This document shows positions 33,425 through 43,588 of a DNA stretch of 64,000 nucleotides, piece after piece. The stretch's first letter is position 1. Every line of letters begins with the position of its first letter. The notes below the pieces were generated by a model. The model had not been told where the DNA came from. It saw only the letters and a list, made by a program, of their open reading frames with translations, and ran no database searches. Source of the DNA: an uncultured Pseudomonadota bacterium (GTDB taxonomy: Bacteria; Oederibacteriota; Muellerivitia; Muellerivitales; Muellerivitaceae); the NCBI GenBank assembly GCA_963843375.1, contig CAWJKT010000001.1:1-64000 (forward strand), written 5' to 3'. The position numbers and the translations under genes are program-made.

Positions 33425-35173
33425 ATGAAAAAAACTATTTATCTTCTCGGCGCTTTATTCTTATGCGCTGGGGCGTGGCTGGGCTCCTCACATTCCCTTT
33501 GGGCGGATGTTGACGGGGAAGACCTCGACCTGGATCCCCGCGCCTATTGGCATTACCTCAACGCACTTTACGCCCAGCATACAAACGACGTGGACCGTTC
33601 TCTCATCGAGTTTGAACAAGCCGCCCGTTACGATCCTAAGTCTTCCGCCATCCATGATCGGTTGGCTTATCATTACTACGTGGAAGGCTTGGATTATAAG
33701 AGTGTTGAGGAACTACAGAGGTCTATCGAACTTCAACCCAATAACATCAATACCCGCTTGATGCTGGCGAATCTTTTTTCTAGCCAGGGGGAATACGGAA
33801 AAGCGCAAAGGGAATATTCGGAAATTATCAAACGGGATTCACAAAACATCGAAGCCCGTTATTACCTGGCGGGGGTTCTGGCCAGCCAAAACCGCATCGA
33901 TGACGCCATGGACCAATACCAGAAAATCCTCGTGCTAAACCCAAAGGCCGCCGCGGTTTATTACAACATGGGGTTGATTTACACCCGCGCCAATCAAGCC
34001 ACCAAAGCGGAAGCTTCCTTCAAAAAAGCCATTGAGATGGATCCGGAAATGGAATCGGCTTATACCTCTTTGGGGCTGGTTTACGAGTTGGACCAAAAGC
34101 CCCAGGAAGCGATCGAGGCCTACCAGGATCTGCTGAAGGTCAATCCGGAGAACGCCCAGGTTTATTTGGCCATGGGGGAGCTTTATTACAACGACAAGGA
34201 CGACCCCAAAGCTTTGGAGGCTTTTCTTCATTACGCAAAGTTAAAACCTTCTGACGTGAGCGTGGATGATTACATCGGCCTATGCTATTTCCGCCTCAAG
34301 CAGTTTTCCGATGCGGTCGCGACCTTCCAAAAACTATTGGATAAACAGCCCACTAATGCGCTCCTGCGCTACCGTTTGGCGGCGGCTTATGAGGAATTGA
34401 AAGAATACGCCAGCGCGGAGGAACAGCTCAAAGCCATCCTCGACAACGACGAAAAGTCTGTAGATGCCTGGGTTCGTTTGGCGATGCTGTACGATAAGCA
34501 GAAAGACGACGCGAACGTCGAAAAAACAGTCGAGGCCGGTCTCAAGGCCGTTCCCAACCACCCGGATCTTCTCCTGGTCCAGGCCATGATGTACCACGAG
34601 AAGGATGATTTCAAAAACGCCGAACCGGCTTATAAAAAGGTCATTGATCTTGAGCTCGGCTACAAAAGCAAACAGGCCCCGGAGTATAACCTCGGAACCT
34701 TAAGTCAGGCCTATTTCAATTTGGGTGCGCTTCTGGACAAGGTGGGGCGTTTCAACGAGGCGATCAACGCGATGAAGAAGGTAATCGAGGTTCAGCCCGA
34801 CAACGCTGACGCTTATAACTATATTGGGTATTCTTATGCGGATAAGGGCATCCAACTGGATGACGCGAAAAAATATTGTGAAGGCGCCTTGAAGTTGGAT
34901 CCGGACAATTCCTATTACCTTGATTCTTTGGGGTGGGTTTATTACCAAAAGGGCCTGTATAAGGATGCCCAGGACCTATTTGAAAAAGCCATCAAGATGC
35001 TCAAAGGCGCCCAAAAGGACGATGGGGTCATTTACGACCATTTGGCCCAGGTTTTGGTCAAGCTGGGCCAAAAGGATGATGCCGTAGCCCAATGGAAAAA
35101 AGCACTTCAGTTGGATCCCGACAATAAGGATTATTCCGAAAAAATCCAAAAGAACGCTTCCCCCAATTTGTGA
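33425..35173 (+). CDS. Exported tetratricopeptide-repeat protein
   Basis: Signal peptide, many TPRs, NYIGYSYAD...YLDSLGWVYYQKG, as in TPR genes found upstream of ispE. Confidence 0.88.
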   Translation: MKKTIYLLGALFLCAGAWLGSSHSLWADVDGEDLDLDPRAYWHYLNALYAQHTNDVDRSLIEFEQAARYDPKSSAIHDRLAYHYYVEGLDYKSVEELQRSIELQPNNINTRLMLANLFSSQGEYGKAQREYSEIIKRDSQNIEARYYLAGVLASQNRIDDAMDQYQKILVLNPKAAAVYYNMGLIYTRANQATKAEASFKKAIEMDPEMESAYTSLGLVYELDQKPQEAIEAYQDLLKVNPENAQVYLAMGELYYNDKDDPKALEAFLHYAKLKPSDVSVDDYIGLCYFRLKQFSDAVATFQKLLDKQPTNALLRYRLAAAYEELKEYASAEEQLKAILDNDEKSVDAWVRLAMLYDKQKDDANVEKTVEAGLKAVPNHPDLLLVQAMMYHEKDDFKNAEPAYKKVIDLELGYKSKQAPEYNLGTLSQAYFNLGALLDKVGRFNEAINAMKKVIEVQPDNADAYNYIGYSYADKGIQLDDAKKYCEGALKLDPDNSYYLDSLGWVYYQKGLYKDAQDLFEKAIKMLKGAQKDDGVIYDHLAQVLVKLGQKDDAVAQWKKALQLDPDNKDYSEKIQKNASPNL

Positions 35174-36046
35174 CCCCTTCGATCACCCTTCGAACCCCCG
35201 CGAAGATCAACCCGGTTTTGGAAGTCCTCGGAAAAAGGGAGGATGGATACCACGAACTCGCCTTGGTTTTCCAAGCGATCGGGCTTTATGACGAACTTGA
35301 TTTTTCTGAAGACCGGCAAGGTCTCCGCCTGGAAATCTTAGAATCGCCCGATGCTCTAGAGGCCGATGATTCCAATTTAATTCTCAAGGCCGCAAAACTT
35401 TTTTTCAGGGATATTTTGAAAGAGGAGAGGAAAGTCCATATCCGGTTGAAGAAAAAAATACCTTTGGCGGCCGGATTAGGCGGGGGTTCCAGCGACGCGG
35501 CGGCCACGCTTTTGGGTTTGGACCGACTATTTAGGACCCAGGCGGGGGAAACGAGACTCAACTTGTTGGCCGCCCAATTGGGTTCGGATGTTCCCTTTTT
35601 TTTGACCGGCGGAACTGCTCTCGGAAAGGGCCGGGGTGAAAAAATCACTCCCTGGACTCCAGGACCGGAAATCTTTTTGATACTCGTCAAACCCCCGGAA
35701 GGCCTTTCGACTCCCTCAGTTTATAAGTCAGGCAAAGCAGTCATGACTCAGGGGGAGAAGATACGTGATTTTCAGTCGGTCCTTGGGGGAGGAAATTTTG
35801 TGGAAATAAGCCGATCTTTGTTTAATGGTTTGGAACCCGCGACTTTTTTCCTGATGCCTGAGGTGGAATCGATCAAAAAACAGTTACTTCAGGCCGGGGC
35901 CCTTGGGCGCGCTTGTTTCAGGAAGCGGGCCAACCGTTTTTGGGCTGGCGGAAAACCTCCCCCATGCACAAAGGATCCGGCAAGGGCTGGAAGGGAAGGG
36001 TTATTCGGTATTCGTGGTTTCCACGGTGTCGGTAGGAGCCCATTAA
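35170..36046 (+). CDS. ispE: 4-diphosphocytidyl-2-C-methyl-D-erythritol kinase (frameshift near 35907)
   Basis: PAKINPVLEVLGKREDGYHEL, IPLAAGLGGGSSDAA, LGSDVPFF; VSGSGPTVF in the shifted frame. Confidence 0.93.
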
Positions 36047-36070
36047 TTTAATTAAGGTGAAAACGAAGCG

Positions 36071-37120
36071 ATGAAAAAATTGATTCCAACTTTACTGAAG
36101 TGGGCGGCCTTGGGGTTTTTTTTCCTATTGGCCGTCGGGTTGATTTTTATCTATGAAATTTTACCGGCCAAGGTAGCCCAGTCTATTGCAGCCAAATCTC
36201 AAATCCATAAACCGCTCACCGAAACACCCAAGGATTATGGCTTGAACCAATATAAAGACGTTACCTTTACGACCTCGGATGGGATCACCATTTCCGGATG
36301 GTGGATTCCCCTTACGTCGTCGAAAAAACCTCTGGGGACCGTTCTGCTTTCCCACGGCGTTTTCAAGAACCGGGAACAGGTTTTAAGCCGTGCCGCGTTT
36401 CTTTCCCGATTAGGCTACCAGACATTACTTTTCGATCAGCGGGGTGAAGGTTTAAGCGGCAACAGTCCTGTTTCGGGCGGACTTTTGGAAGCGGGTGATT
36501 ATCTCGCGGCAGAGGCTTACCTGGATAGCCGGCATGCTTTACGGAAACCGGTGGTTTTTTTCGGGTTTTCCCTTGGGGCCATCAGTGCTCTTCGTGCCGC
36601 AATCAAGGCCCCTGAAATCGACGCCGTCATCGCCGACAGTCCTCTTGCCAATATCAAGTCTTATGTTTCACGTAGGACAATTGGAGGCACTTTTTCCTCC
36701 ATGCCAGGCTTCTTGGACCGATGCTTGGCAGCTTATGACCTGGTCACCGGCCTTAACTTGAACCCAGAAGATTTGGATCTCCTGCCGGTCGTTGGACAGC
36801 TCCATGAAATACCGGTGCTTTATATCACGGGAGAAAATGACGATTTGGCCAAACCAGATGAGGTGCGGGAACTTTTTGAGCACACGGCCTCTCATCACCG
36901 GCGGTTAATTTATATCCCCGAGGCGGGACATGAAGAAACCTATAAAAAATATCCCGTTATCTATGAAAAGGTCGTTACCGAATTTTTGAAAGATTTAAAA
37001 AATGGGTTTCCGAAACCGGACGATGGGATGGGGTTGTCGGGAGGGCCCGAGAAAAAGAAGGTTGGAAAAGCAAAGGATCATTCAAAACATTCAAAAGACC
37101 ATTCGGCTGACTTGAATTAA
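36071..37120 (+). CDS. Membrane-anchored alpha/beta hydrolase
   Basis: N-terminal TM, LLSHG, FDQRGEGLS, GFSLGA nucleophile elbow, GEND, AGH. Confidence 0.85.
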   Translation: MKKLIPTLLKWAALGFFFLLAVGLIFIYEILPAKVAQSIAAKSQIHKPLTETPKDYGLNQYKDVTFTTSDGITISGWWIPLTSSKKPLGTVLLSHGVFKNREQVLSRAAFLSRLGYQTLLFDQRGEGLSGNSPVSGGLLEAGDYLAAEAYLDSRHALRKPVVFFGFSLGAISALRAAIKAPEIDAVIADSPLANIKSYVSRRTIGGTFSSMPGFLDRCLAAYDLVTGLNLNPEDLDLLPVVGQLHEIPVLYITGENDDLAKPDEVRELFEHTASHHRRLIYIPEAGHEETYKKYPVIYEKVVTEFLKDLKNGFPKPDDGMGLSGGPEKKKVGKAKDHSKHSKDHSADLN

Positions 37121-37133
37121 TGGTTTGGTTTAA

Positions 37134-37340
37134 TTATTCGACACATCCAATGAAATAATGGCAGTGGTAGCAGACTATCTTGCATTTCTTTGTCACCATG
37201 CCGTGGCCGCATTGGGGACATGTGTAAAAAAGTTCTTCCGTTTCATTGGTGTAGGAGGCTTGCCTCGTTTTTTGGCCGAATTCGAGAAGTGAGGGAAGTT
37301 TCTTGATTATCGGGGCGCCGTTGGTTAAGTCTTCATTCAT
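37134..37340 (-). CDS. Small Cys-rich zinc-finger protein (start uncertain)
   Basis: CPQCG..M...KCKIVCYHCHYFIGC. Confidence 0.55.
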   Translation of the reverse strand: MNEDLTNGAPIIKKLPSLLEFGQKTRQASYTNETEELFYTCPQCGHGMVTKKCKIVCYHCHYFIGCVE

Positions 37341-37454
37341 GAAACTAGGGTAGCATGGCTTTTCCGGAGCCTCAACAACAGCATTTGAAGCTTGATTAAG
37401 GCTGCAGACCGAATTAAATTAACACCCCTCCTTCATCGCTGTTTTTGTTTAGAT

Positions 37455-37529
37455 TGGGGCGTCGACAAGCGGTAAGTCACCAGATTTTGGATCTGGCATT
37501 CGTAGGTTCGAATCCTACCGCCCCAGCCA
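37455..37529 (+). tRNA. tRNA-Gln (TTG)
   Basis: Cloverleaf: acceptor TGGGGCG/CGCCCCA, anticodon arm CCAGA-TTTTGGA-TCTGG, T arm GTAGG-TTCGAAT-CCTAC, encoded CCA. Confidence 0.97.
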
Positions 37530-38040
37530 TTAATGTACCCTTTTTCTTAAGGGTTTTTAACATAATGAAAGGGCTATCTACCTTTTCATCTACCTTTCCT
37601 GCATCTTGTTTTTTAACGGGGTAAGCAAGCTCCATTTTCCGTAAAAGGTCCTTTGGAGCGTTTACTCCATATCCTTCTAAGGTACTCACGTTCTTATGAC
37701 CAGTTAAACTCATGATTTCGTATGGGGAAAGTCCTGCGGACCTCATATTTGATACGAAGGTATGACGGAAAACGTGAGGCGTAATCTTTTTGGTTATCCC
37801 GGCCTTAACCGCCAAGTCCTTGAACAATTGTTTTCCGGGTTGGTTCACAGGATTTCCTTCTTCGTCACAAAGTAAAAAGACCTTATGCTTGGCCTCTCTG
37901 GGTGCCCAGTTACGATAATTGGGACGATGTGTTTTAAGCTTCTCCAATAAGGGAAGTAGTTGGATTGCTATGGGTAAGATTCGGTAGTCATTAGTTTTTT
38001 CAGCCCTTACCGTTAAGAGTGTTGAAAGAAAGTTTTCGGA
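37477..38040 (-). pseudogene. Tyrosine recombinase/integrase, C-terminal remnant abutting tRNA-Gln
   Basis: EKTNDYRILPI...ITPHVFRHTF...LTGHKNVSTLEGY (K, HxxR, H, Y motifs). The N-terminal half with the first catalytic Arg is missing. Confidence 0.85.
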
Positions 38041-38044
38041 CTCC

Positions 38045-38650
38045 TTGGGCCAGGATTATTATATTTTTAATATGAACAACGGCAAAAGAGACACTTATTA
38101 CGTTAGGAATAATTTCCTAATTTTAGGAAACGGTGTTTTGTTGAAAAACGACAAAACCACTCGAAAATATAATTCAAATACCTTCGAGTTGTGTTCGTAT
38201 GTGGCCAGTGGTTATTGGGATAAGGCCGAGGTTGTCGCTAAAAGAATGAATGATTATCCGATGGTTTCCATCATTGACGTGGAAAAAGGGGACTTGGATT
38301 CGGCCTACGTTGATTACAACCCAAGCCTTTCTCTTCAATTCCCCAATGGATATCCCGCTAAAACCCAGGGAACAATCGATGAATTCATTGCCGATAGGCT
38401 TATGGCCGATGGGAAAATAGAGAAGGCAAAGGAATTTTATCAAAAGGCGGTCGAGGGTTATTGTGCCTGGTTAGACCATCTCCAAAGTATCAAGGATGCT
38501 AGTCTTAAGTTTGACAAGACCAACCTCAAATTAGTAACCGCGGAAAGAGTAAAAAAAGAGGAAAAGAGCTTCGATTTTACAATCGATCAAGAAAACTTGG
38601 AAATTGACCGTGTAAAACAAAAAATAAGAATCATTGAAGACCAAATATGA
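38045..38650 (+). CDS. Hypothetical protein, possibly 5'-truncated
   Basis: 201-aa AT-rich ORF starting where the integrase breaks; ATGA overlap with the next gene. Confidence 0.55.
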   Translation: MGQDYYIFNMNNGKRDTYYVRNNFLILGNGVLLKNDKTTRKYNSNTFELCSYVASGYWDKAEVVAKRMNDYPMVSIIDVEKGDLDSAYVDYNPSLSLQFPNGYPAKTQGTIDEFIADRLMADGKIEKAKEFYQKAVEGYCAWLDHLQSIKDASLKFDKTNLKLVTAERVKKEEKSFDFTIDQENLEIDRVKQKIRIIEDQI

Positions 38651-39363
38651 AAATAATTACTATGTTTTGGCCCCGATTTTCCTTGCCCTCTTGTTTATCG
38701 GCTTTCCTTATATCCATTTCCCCTTTATTTGCCCAACTAATTCCATCGCCTCCTATCCCAGGGACCCCGACCTTGCCCGCCGGCCATGTTTCCATGCCTC
38801 AAACATTAACGGGCCATGTTCCCAAGGAAATCCAAACCGCACCTTTATTAGGAGATCTTCCGTTGGATCAAAAGCTCTATTTGGGCATCGGGTTGCCTTA
38901 TCGGGATCAAAAGGCTGTGGATGAAGAAACCGCCTCGCTTTATGATCCCAAAAGTCCAAATTACAAAATGTTTCTTTCGGGAAAAGAGATTGGGGAAAGG
39001 TTTGGCCCTTCCCGGGAGGATTACCAAAAAGTAGTGGATTTCTTTAAATCCCACGGGTTTGAAATCGTGGAAGTTTTTGACACCCGTATTTTTATCAATA
39101 TTAAGGGAACGGTCGCGGACATCCAGGACGTTTTCCATATCCATCTGCATAATTACAAAAGGCCCGATGGGACTATATTTCATGCGCCCGACACTGAGCC
39201 ATTCATTAATTTGGATATTCCCTTATCCCATATCAGCGGTCTTGATACCCATTTTAAGAACCGCCCGCGCCATAATAACTACTTGAATAGGAGTCAAAAT
39301 GAGGCTCTACCCGACATTACACCCGGCACCACTCCCACAGTTTCCCACTATATTGTTCAATAG
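38647..39363 (+). CDS. Exported protein consisting of a sedolisin (S53) pro-domain only
   Basis: GHVP...IGLPYRD...LYDPKSPNY..FL...ERFGPS..DY...GTVADIQDVF...APD.EP...ISGLD, then a stop with no catalytic domain. Confidence 0.75.
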   Translation: MKIITMFWPRFSLPSCLSAFLISISPLFAQLIPSPPIPGTPTLPAGHVSMPQTLTGHVPKEIQTAPLLGDLPLDQKLYLGIGLPYRDQKAVDEETASLYDPKSPNYKMFLSGKEIGERFGPSREDYQKVVDFFKSHGFEIVEVFDTRIFINIKGTVADIQDVFHIHLHNYKRPDGTIFHAPDTEPFINLDIPLSHISGLDTHFKNRPRHNNYLNRSQNEALPDITPGTTPTVSHYIVQ

Positions 39364-39470
39364 GGATAAGGAGGTTTAATTTGAAAAAACTTTTTCACCC
39401 TAGGGCTCCAAAACTCGACGAAGTCCTTTGTTTTCGGTGTCCTGATACTCCCCTCAAAGGAGGTTTTTAA

Positions 39471-39991
39471 TTGATCTCCCCAAAAAGTGATCTAATCGAA
39501 ACCTGGCAAGTTGGGCAAAAGATATTCCCCGAAAAGCCCCATATATACTTTCTGAAGATAAAGTATATTTTGAAAAAAATTACTTCAATAAAAAATCATG
39601 GAAATAAAAATTTTGGTGCGACGATGATCGGACACACCAGCAAGAAACAGAGGAATACTTAGAACCTAACAACAAAAAATTCCACCTCGGCCTTTTGCCC
39701 GCTCCCTATTGCGGAAACCTTAAAAAAGCCTCTATCTTTATCCTGATGTTGAATCCGGGCCTGGGTTCTGGGGATTACTTTGCCGAATACGAAAACCCGG
39801 GTTTTAAACAAGCTTTGCTTGATAACCTGAAACAAAATAAAAAAGCGCATTTTTTTCCCCACAATAGGGATAAAGCAAAAAGCCGTCTCCGTTACGGGAG
39901 ACGGCTTTTTTATTGGATGATGAAATCTTATCTGCTGAGTCTGGACCGGGCAGGAATATCAAGATACCCGCTCCCGGAAACTGCAAGTTAA
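39471..39991 (+). pseudogene. Degraded gene with a UDG-superfamily-like 'P.PY.G...LNPG' motif
   Basis: GGAGG RBS; pieces in different frames: LIETWQ / PPYILSED / FHLGLLPAPYCGNLKKASIFILMLNPG; internal stop and truncated end. Confidence 0.45.
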
Positions 39992-40002
39992 AAAAATCTC
40001 TG

Positions 40003-40770
40003 TTACTGAGCAGAAGCGCTAACTTCCCCGCTAGTGGAATCGCTTACCGAAATTTCTTCGCTATTAGCGATGTGTTTAACCACTTCATCTAAGTGACGGC
40101 GGTCGTTTCTTAATTCCAGATCACATTTGGCTTTGTAAGCAATGCGGTTGTTCAATTTGGTTGTATCGGTATCCACAACAGCCTTATCCGTTTCCACATT
40201 AGCCTTGGCCTTTTCAATGTCATCTGCGATGTTTTTGGACTGGGCATCTGCTAACCTAGCCGTATCATCTGACACTTTTTTGCCGTCACGAATAATGGCA
40301 TCGCGCGTGTCGCGGATTCTGTCGTCTAATTTGCGAATAACCACCCGGACGTTCTTGATTTTTTCCGCGATAAACTTCTTCAAGCGTTCGCGATCTTTTT
40401 TGATAAGGGCTTTATCTTCGTCCACATCAGCCTTTGCCTTAGCGATGACTTGATCGTCGGTTTTTGTCTGTGCTTCTTTTAAAGCATCGATATCCTCCGA
40501 CAATTTTTTAATGTCGCGATCCACATCCTCGCGCGCCTTGCGAATATTGATTTCGTTGTCTCGAATTGCGGGGTTGTTAATTTCGATTGTATCGGTTTCG
40601 TTTACATCCACTTTCCCGCTGGTCATTTTCGTATTCGACTCAACATTCGCGTCTGCGTTTACTTGAGTTTTAACTAATGGCTTGTTGTTAACGAACGCTT
40701 CCTCAGCCATCACCAAACCGGGGCCTGTAAAAATAAGAACCCCCAACGTTAACTTGAATAAATTTTTCAT
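40003..40770 (-). CDS. Exported coiled-coil protein with an internal repeat
   Basis: AGGAGG RBS, signal peptide, D/K/R-rich helices; IAKAKADVDEDKA and IEKAKANVETDKA. Confidence 0.75.
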   Translation of the reverse strand: MKNLFKLTLGVLIFTGPGLVMAEEAFVNNKPLVKTQVNADANVESNTKMTSGKVDVNETDTIEINNPAIRDNEINIRKAREDVDRDIKKLSEDIDALKEAQTKTDDQVIAKAKADVDEDKALIKKDRERLKKFIAEKIKNVRVVIRKLDDRIRDTRDAIIRDGKKVSDDTARLADAQSKNIADDIEKAKANVETDKAVVDTDTTKLNNRIAYKAKCDLELRNDRRHLDEVVKHIANSEEISVSDSTSGEVSASAQ

Positions 40771-41035
40771 ATATGCCTCCTTTTTTTAAGTTAATTGTCT
40801 TCTATTAGTATTTTTAGAGGTGTAAAGGGATAGCTTTCAATCCCCTGACTCCAGAAAAAGCCCCGAAATTTTCAGATTGAAAAGCGTTAAAATGATGAAT
40901 TTCAACTAATAATTGACAAAAGGGGTATTCCGTGTGTACTTAATTGCTCAAGTTGGGTTCTGAATAAATCCACGATGGAAAGCCATCTTTTCCAAATGTT
41001 TACTTGGGGTTTTCATCCTAAAGAGGAGCAATTCA

Positions 41036-41383
41036 TTGAAAAAGATACTTTTGATTTGGACGAGTACAATTCTTTTAGTTTTCGTTTCCAGCATAACGGT
41101 AGCCCAGGCCCCCAACACCCAAACGGTTACCACCCCGGAAACTTTGAAGGGAAATCCGTCTTCCAATATAAAAGACGGATTGTTGGACATTAATAAGGCC
41201 ACCCGCGACCAATTAACCGCCTTGGGATTGAGCAGCGCCGCCGCAGACAGGATCATCCAAGAACGTCCTTTCCATCGTAAGCACGATTTGCTGTCCGATA
41301 AAGTTTTGAACGAAGAGGAATTTTCGATTATCAGGGGCAAAATTTTTGCATGGTCTCCGACGAAGAGTAAGCCGGTAAAATAA
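41036..41383 (+). CDS. Exported helix-hairpin-helix (ComEA-like) DNA-binding protein
   Basis: Signal peptide; LLDINKATRDQLTALGL...ADRIIQERPF....DL. Confidence 0.75.
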   Translation: MKKILLIWTSTILLVFVSSITVAQAPNTQTVTTPETLKGNPSSNIKDGLLDINKATRDQLTALGLSSAAADRIIQERPFHRKHDLLSDKVLNEEEFSIIRGKIFAWSPTKSKPVK

Positions 41384-41712
41384 GTTTATTTTAACCTGAT
41401 TTTATTACCCGATTTCGACCCCCATCCTCATTAAAATCCTTTCTGTTTAGGGGGAAGTGCCGTTGAACATTTTTCAACTTCTTTAAAAAAATCCTTCCTT
41501 TTTCTAATCTCCGTAATTTTAAATATAACGAATTGCCCGGCTGATTTTGGGGACGCTTGCGAAACCACTGCCATGATTTTTCAACGAAATTTACCGTCTC
41601 ATTCAAAAAATAATTATTGTTTCATTCTAAATTAGGAAATTCCCTTTTTTAAAAAGTAAAAAAATCAGTCTTTTTAACCTTCCCGAAACAAAATTTTAAA
41701 TTGTTATTTTCA

Positions 41713-41771
41713 TTTAATTTATTTGTAACCCAGAAGTTACCTTTGACCTTTCTTTTTAACTTCTATTTAAC
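41713..41771 (+). promoter_or_regulatory. Pho-box-like direct repeats with 11-bp period upstream of the porin
   Basis: TTTAAT (41713), TGTAAC (41724), AGTTAC (41735); TTTAAC (41755), TTTAAC (41766). Confidence 0.5.
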
Positions 41772-41885
41772 GAAAAATGTTTTTCATCGAAACATGACTA
41801 AATAATAATCCCGCATCTTTTCACCGTTAAACGCCAAACCTATGGCTGTGATTTTTCTAAATCCATTCGACCAAGGGGAATCCAA

Positions 41886-43496
41886 GTGAAACTTCAGAAA
41901 GTTCTCGGAATGTCGTTTGCCTTACTGCTTTTAGTTCTGTCGGGGTTAGGCCGATCCAACGCTCAAGAAGACGCGACGCCTGTTCCCGCAACTTCACCCA
42001 CTAGTCCGCAAACCCCGGAAGATCAAGCTACCCCGGTATCTGACACCAAGAAGTTGAATGTCAATGAAAAACTAAACGCTCTGGAAACGGAAAACCAAAA
42101 CCTCGAAGAACGCCTCAAAATTCTGGAAGATAAAGTTCAAAATCTCCCTACTTCGCCGTCTCCCGTCTCCACCCCTGCTTCCCAGAGCCCGGCTTTCGGC
42201 CCCGAAGGAGAAACCGAGGAAAACAGCAATGGAACCATGACTCGGGGAGTACATGACATGCCCGTCACTTTAATCGGGGGCAATGAGTATATGTATTCGG
42301 AAGGGCGGTACTTGTCCTTCTCAAATCCGGAAGGCGACACAGAGTTCAGAATTGGTGGTTATCAATGGACGGACCTCGATATGAATGTGCAGGACAAGTC
42401 GAATGGGCAATATAACTATATCAATGGGAGCACCCCGAATGGGTTCGACATGCGAAAAGCCCACCTGGATTTCCGTGGAAGCTTCGACAAGTTTGTTGGA
42501 GCGGCCATCGGCATTGAAAGCGATAAATCTACTGGTGTTAGCCTAGGCCTTTTCCACGCCTATGCCTATGTCAAATTCGACAAGGCCTTCGTGTTTCAAG
42601 CGGGAAAGATCACCAACGATTTAAGCTTGGAAGGACTCCAGCCAAGCGCCGACCTTCCTTTCGTTGAAGCCTCGATGATCGCCAACCTGACCGTCAACAA
42701 GGTTTTCGGAGCCGAGGTTCATGGCGAAGTGAACCATTTAATGGATTACGTGGTGGAAATCGACAACGGCCAACAGGACAACGAATCTTCCGCGACCGGT
42801 CCCGGCAAGCCTACGGGGGATATGAAAGACCTTACAGGACGAGTCTTCTTCACACCTTGGGAAAAATCAGGGGACGAATGGCTTCAAGGCCTGGGTTTCG
42901 GCGGGGGCGGCTCCTGGGATAACGAAACTAATGAGGATACTTCGGTTTGGTCGAAACTTGAAACATCCTTTGGCGGAAACTCTTTCGCGACCTATAGCGT
43001 TATACCTCGGAGCGATTTTTTCCATGTGGACGGACAAGGTTATTACTACAACGGGCCCTTTGGTTTTATGGGGGAATGGGTTCAATCCATCCAATGGGTC
43101 GGAGAAAACCCCACCGATCCCATGGTGGAGTTAGCCAATACCGCTTGGCTCACCGAAGTCCAATGGGTGTTCGGCGGAAAGGCAGGATTTGAGGGGGCAG
43201 AAGTAGATTATCCCTTCAATCCTTCCAAAGGTCATTGGGGCGCCCTGGAACTGGTGGCCCGAACGGACGCCAACCTCCTTGATCCTCAATCTTTCGCAAA
43301 AGGTTTCCCATATGCCCCGGCCACGCCCATGGCTACAGGAGCTGAAATCGCCCAGGCTTACGGTTTCGGATTTAACTGGTGGTTCGACGAAAATTTCAAA
43401 TGGATGTGTGATTTTGAAACAACAAATTTCTCGGGTGGCAACGAAAAGATTCTTCCGGAGGACGAGTTTATCGCCCGTGCGGCGCTTACCCTTTAA
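41886..43496 (+). CDS. OprO/OprP-like phosphate-selective porin
   Basis: Signal peptide and coiled coil, SLEGLQPSADLPFVE, KDLTGRVFFTP, YYYNGPFG..GEW, GHWGALELVAR, GFNWW. Confidence 0.75.
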   Translation: MKLQKVLGMSFALLLLVLSGLGRSNAQEDATPVPATSPTSPQTPEDQATPVSDTKKLNVNEKLNALETENQNLEERLKILEDKVQNLPTSPSPVSTPASQSPAFGPEGETEENSNGTMTRGVHDMPVTLIGGNEYMYSEGRYLSFSNPEGDTEFRIGGYQWTDLDMNVQDKSNGQYNYINGSTPNGFDMRKAHLDFRGSFDKFVGAAIGIESDKSTGVSLGLFHAYAYVKFDKAFVFQAGKITNDLSLEGLQPSADLPFVEASMIANLTVNKVFGAEVHGEVNHLMDYVVEIDNGQQDNESSATGPGKPTGDMKDLTGRVFFTPWEKSGDEWLQGLGFGGGGSWDNETNEDTSVWSKLETSFGGNSFATYSVIPRSDFFHVDGQGYYYNGPFGFMGEWVQSIQWVGENPTDPMVELANTAWLTEVQWVFGGKAGFEGAEVDYPFNPSKGHWGALELVARTDANLLDPQSFAKGFPYAPATPMATGAEIAQAYGFGFNWWFDENFKWMCDFETTNFSGGNEKILPEDEFIARAALTL

Positions 43497-43588
43497 AACA
43501 GGAAGTTGAATTTAGGGGAGCCAATAAGACAGTTAAAAGGTTTGGAACAAATTTTAAATTTAACCGAATTGAATTTAAGGAGGCCGAG

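Noticed and set aside
37477..37529. Integrase ORF overlapping the tRNA as a functional overlap
   Set aside because: The tail AGAVGFEPT is just the antisense translation of a tRNA.
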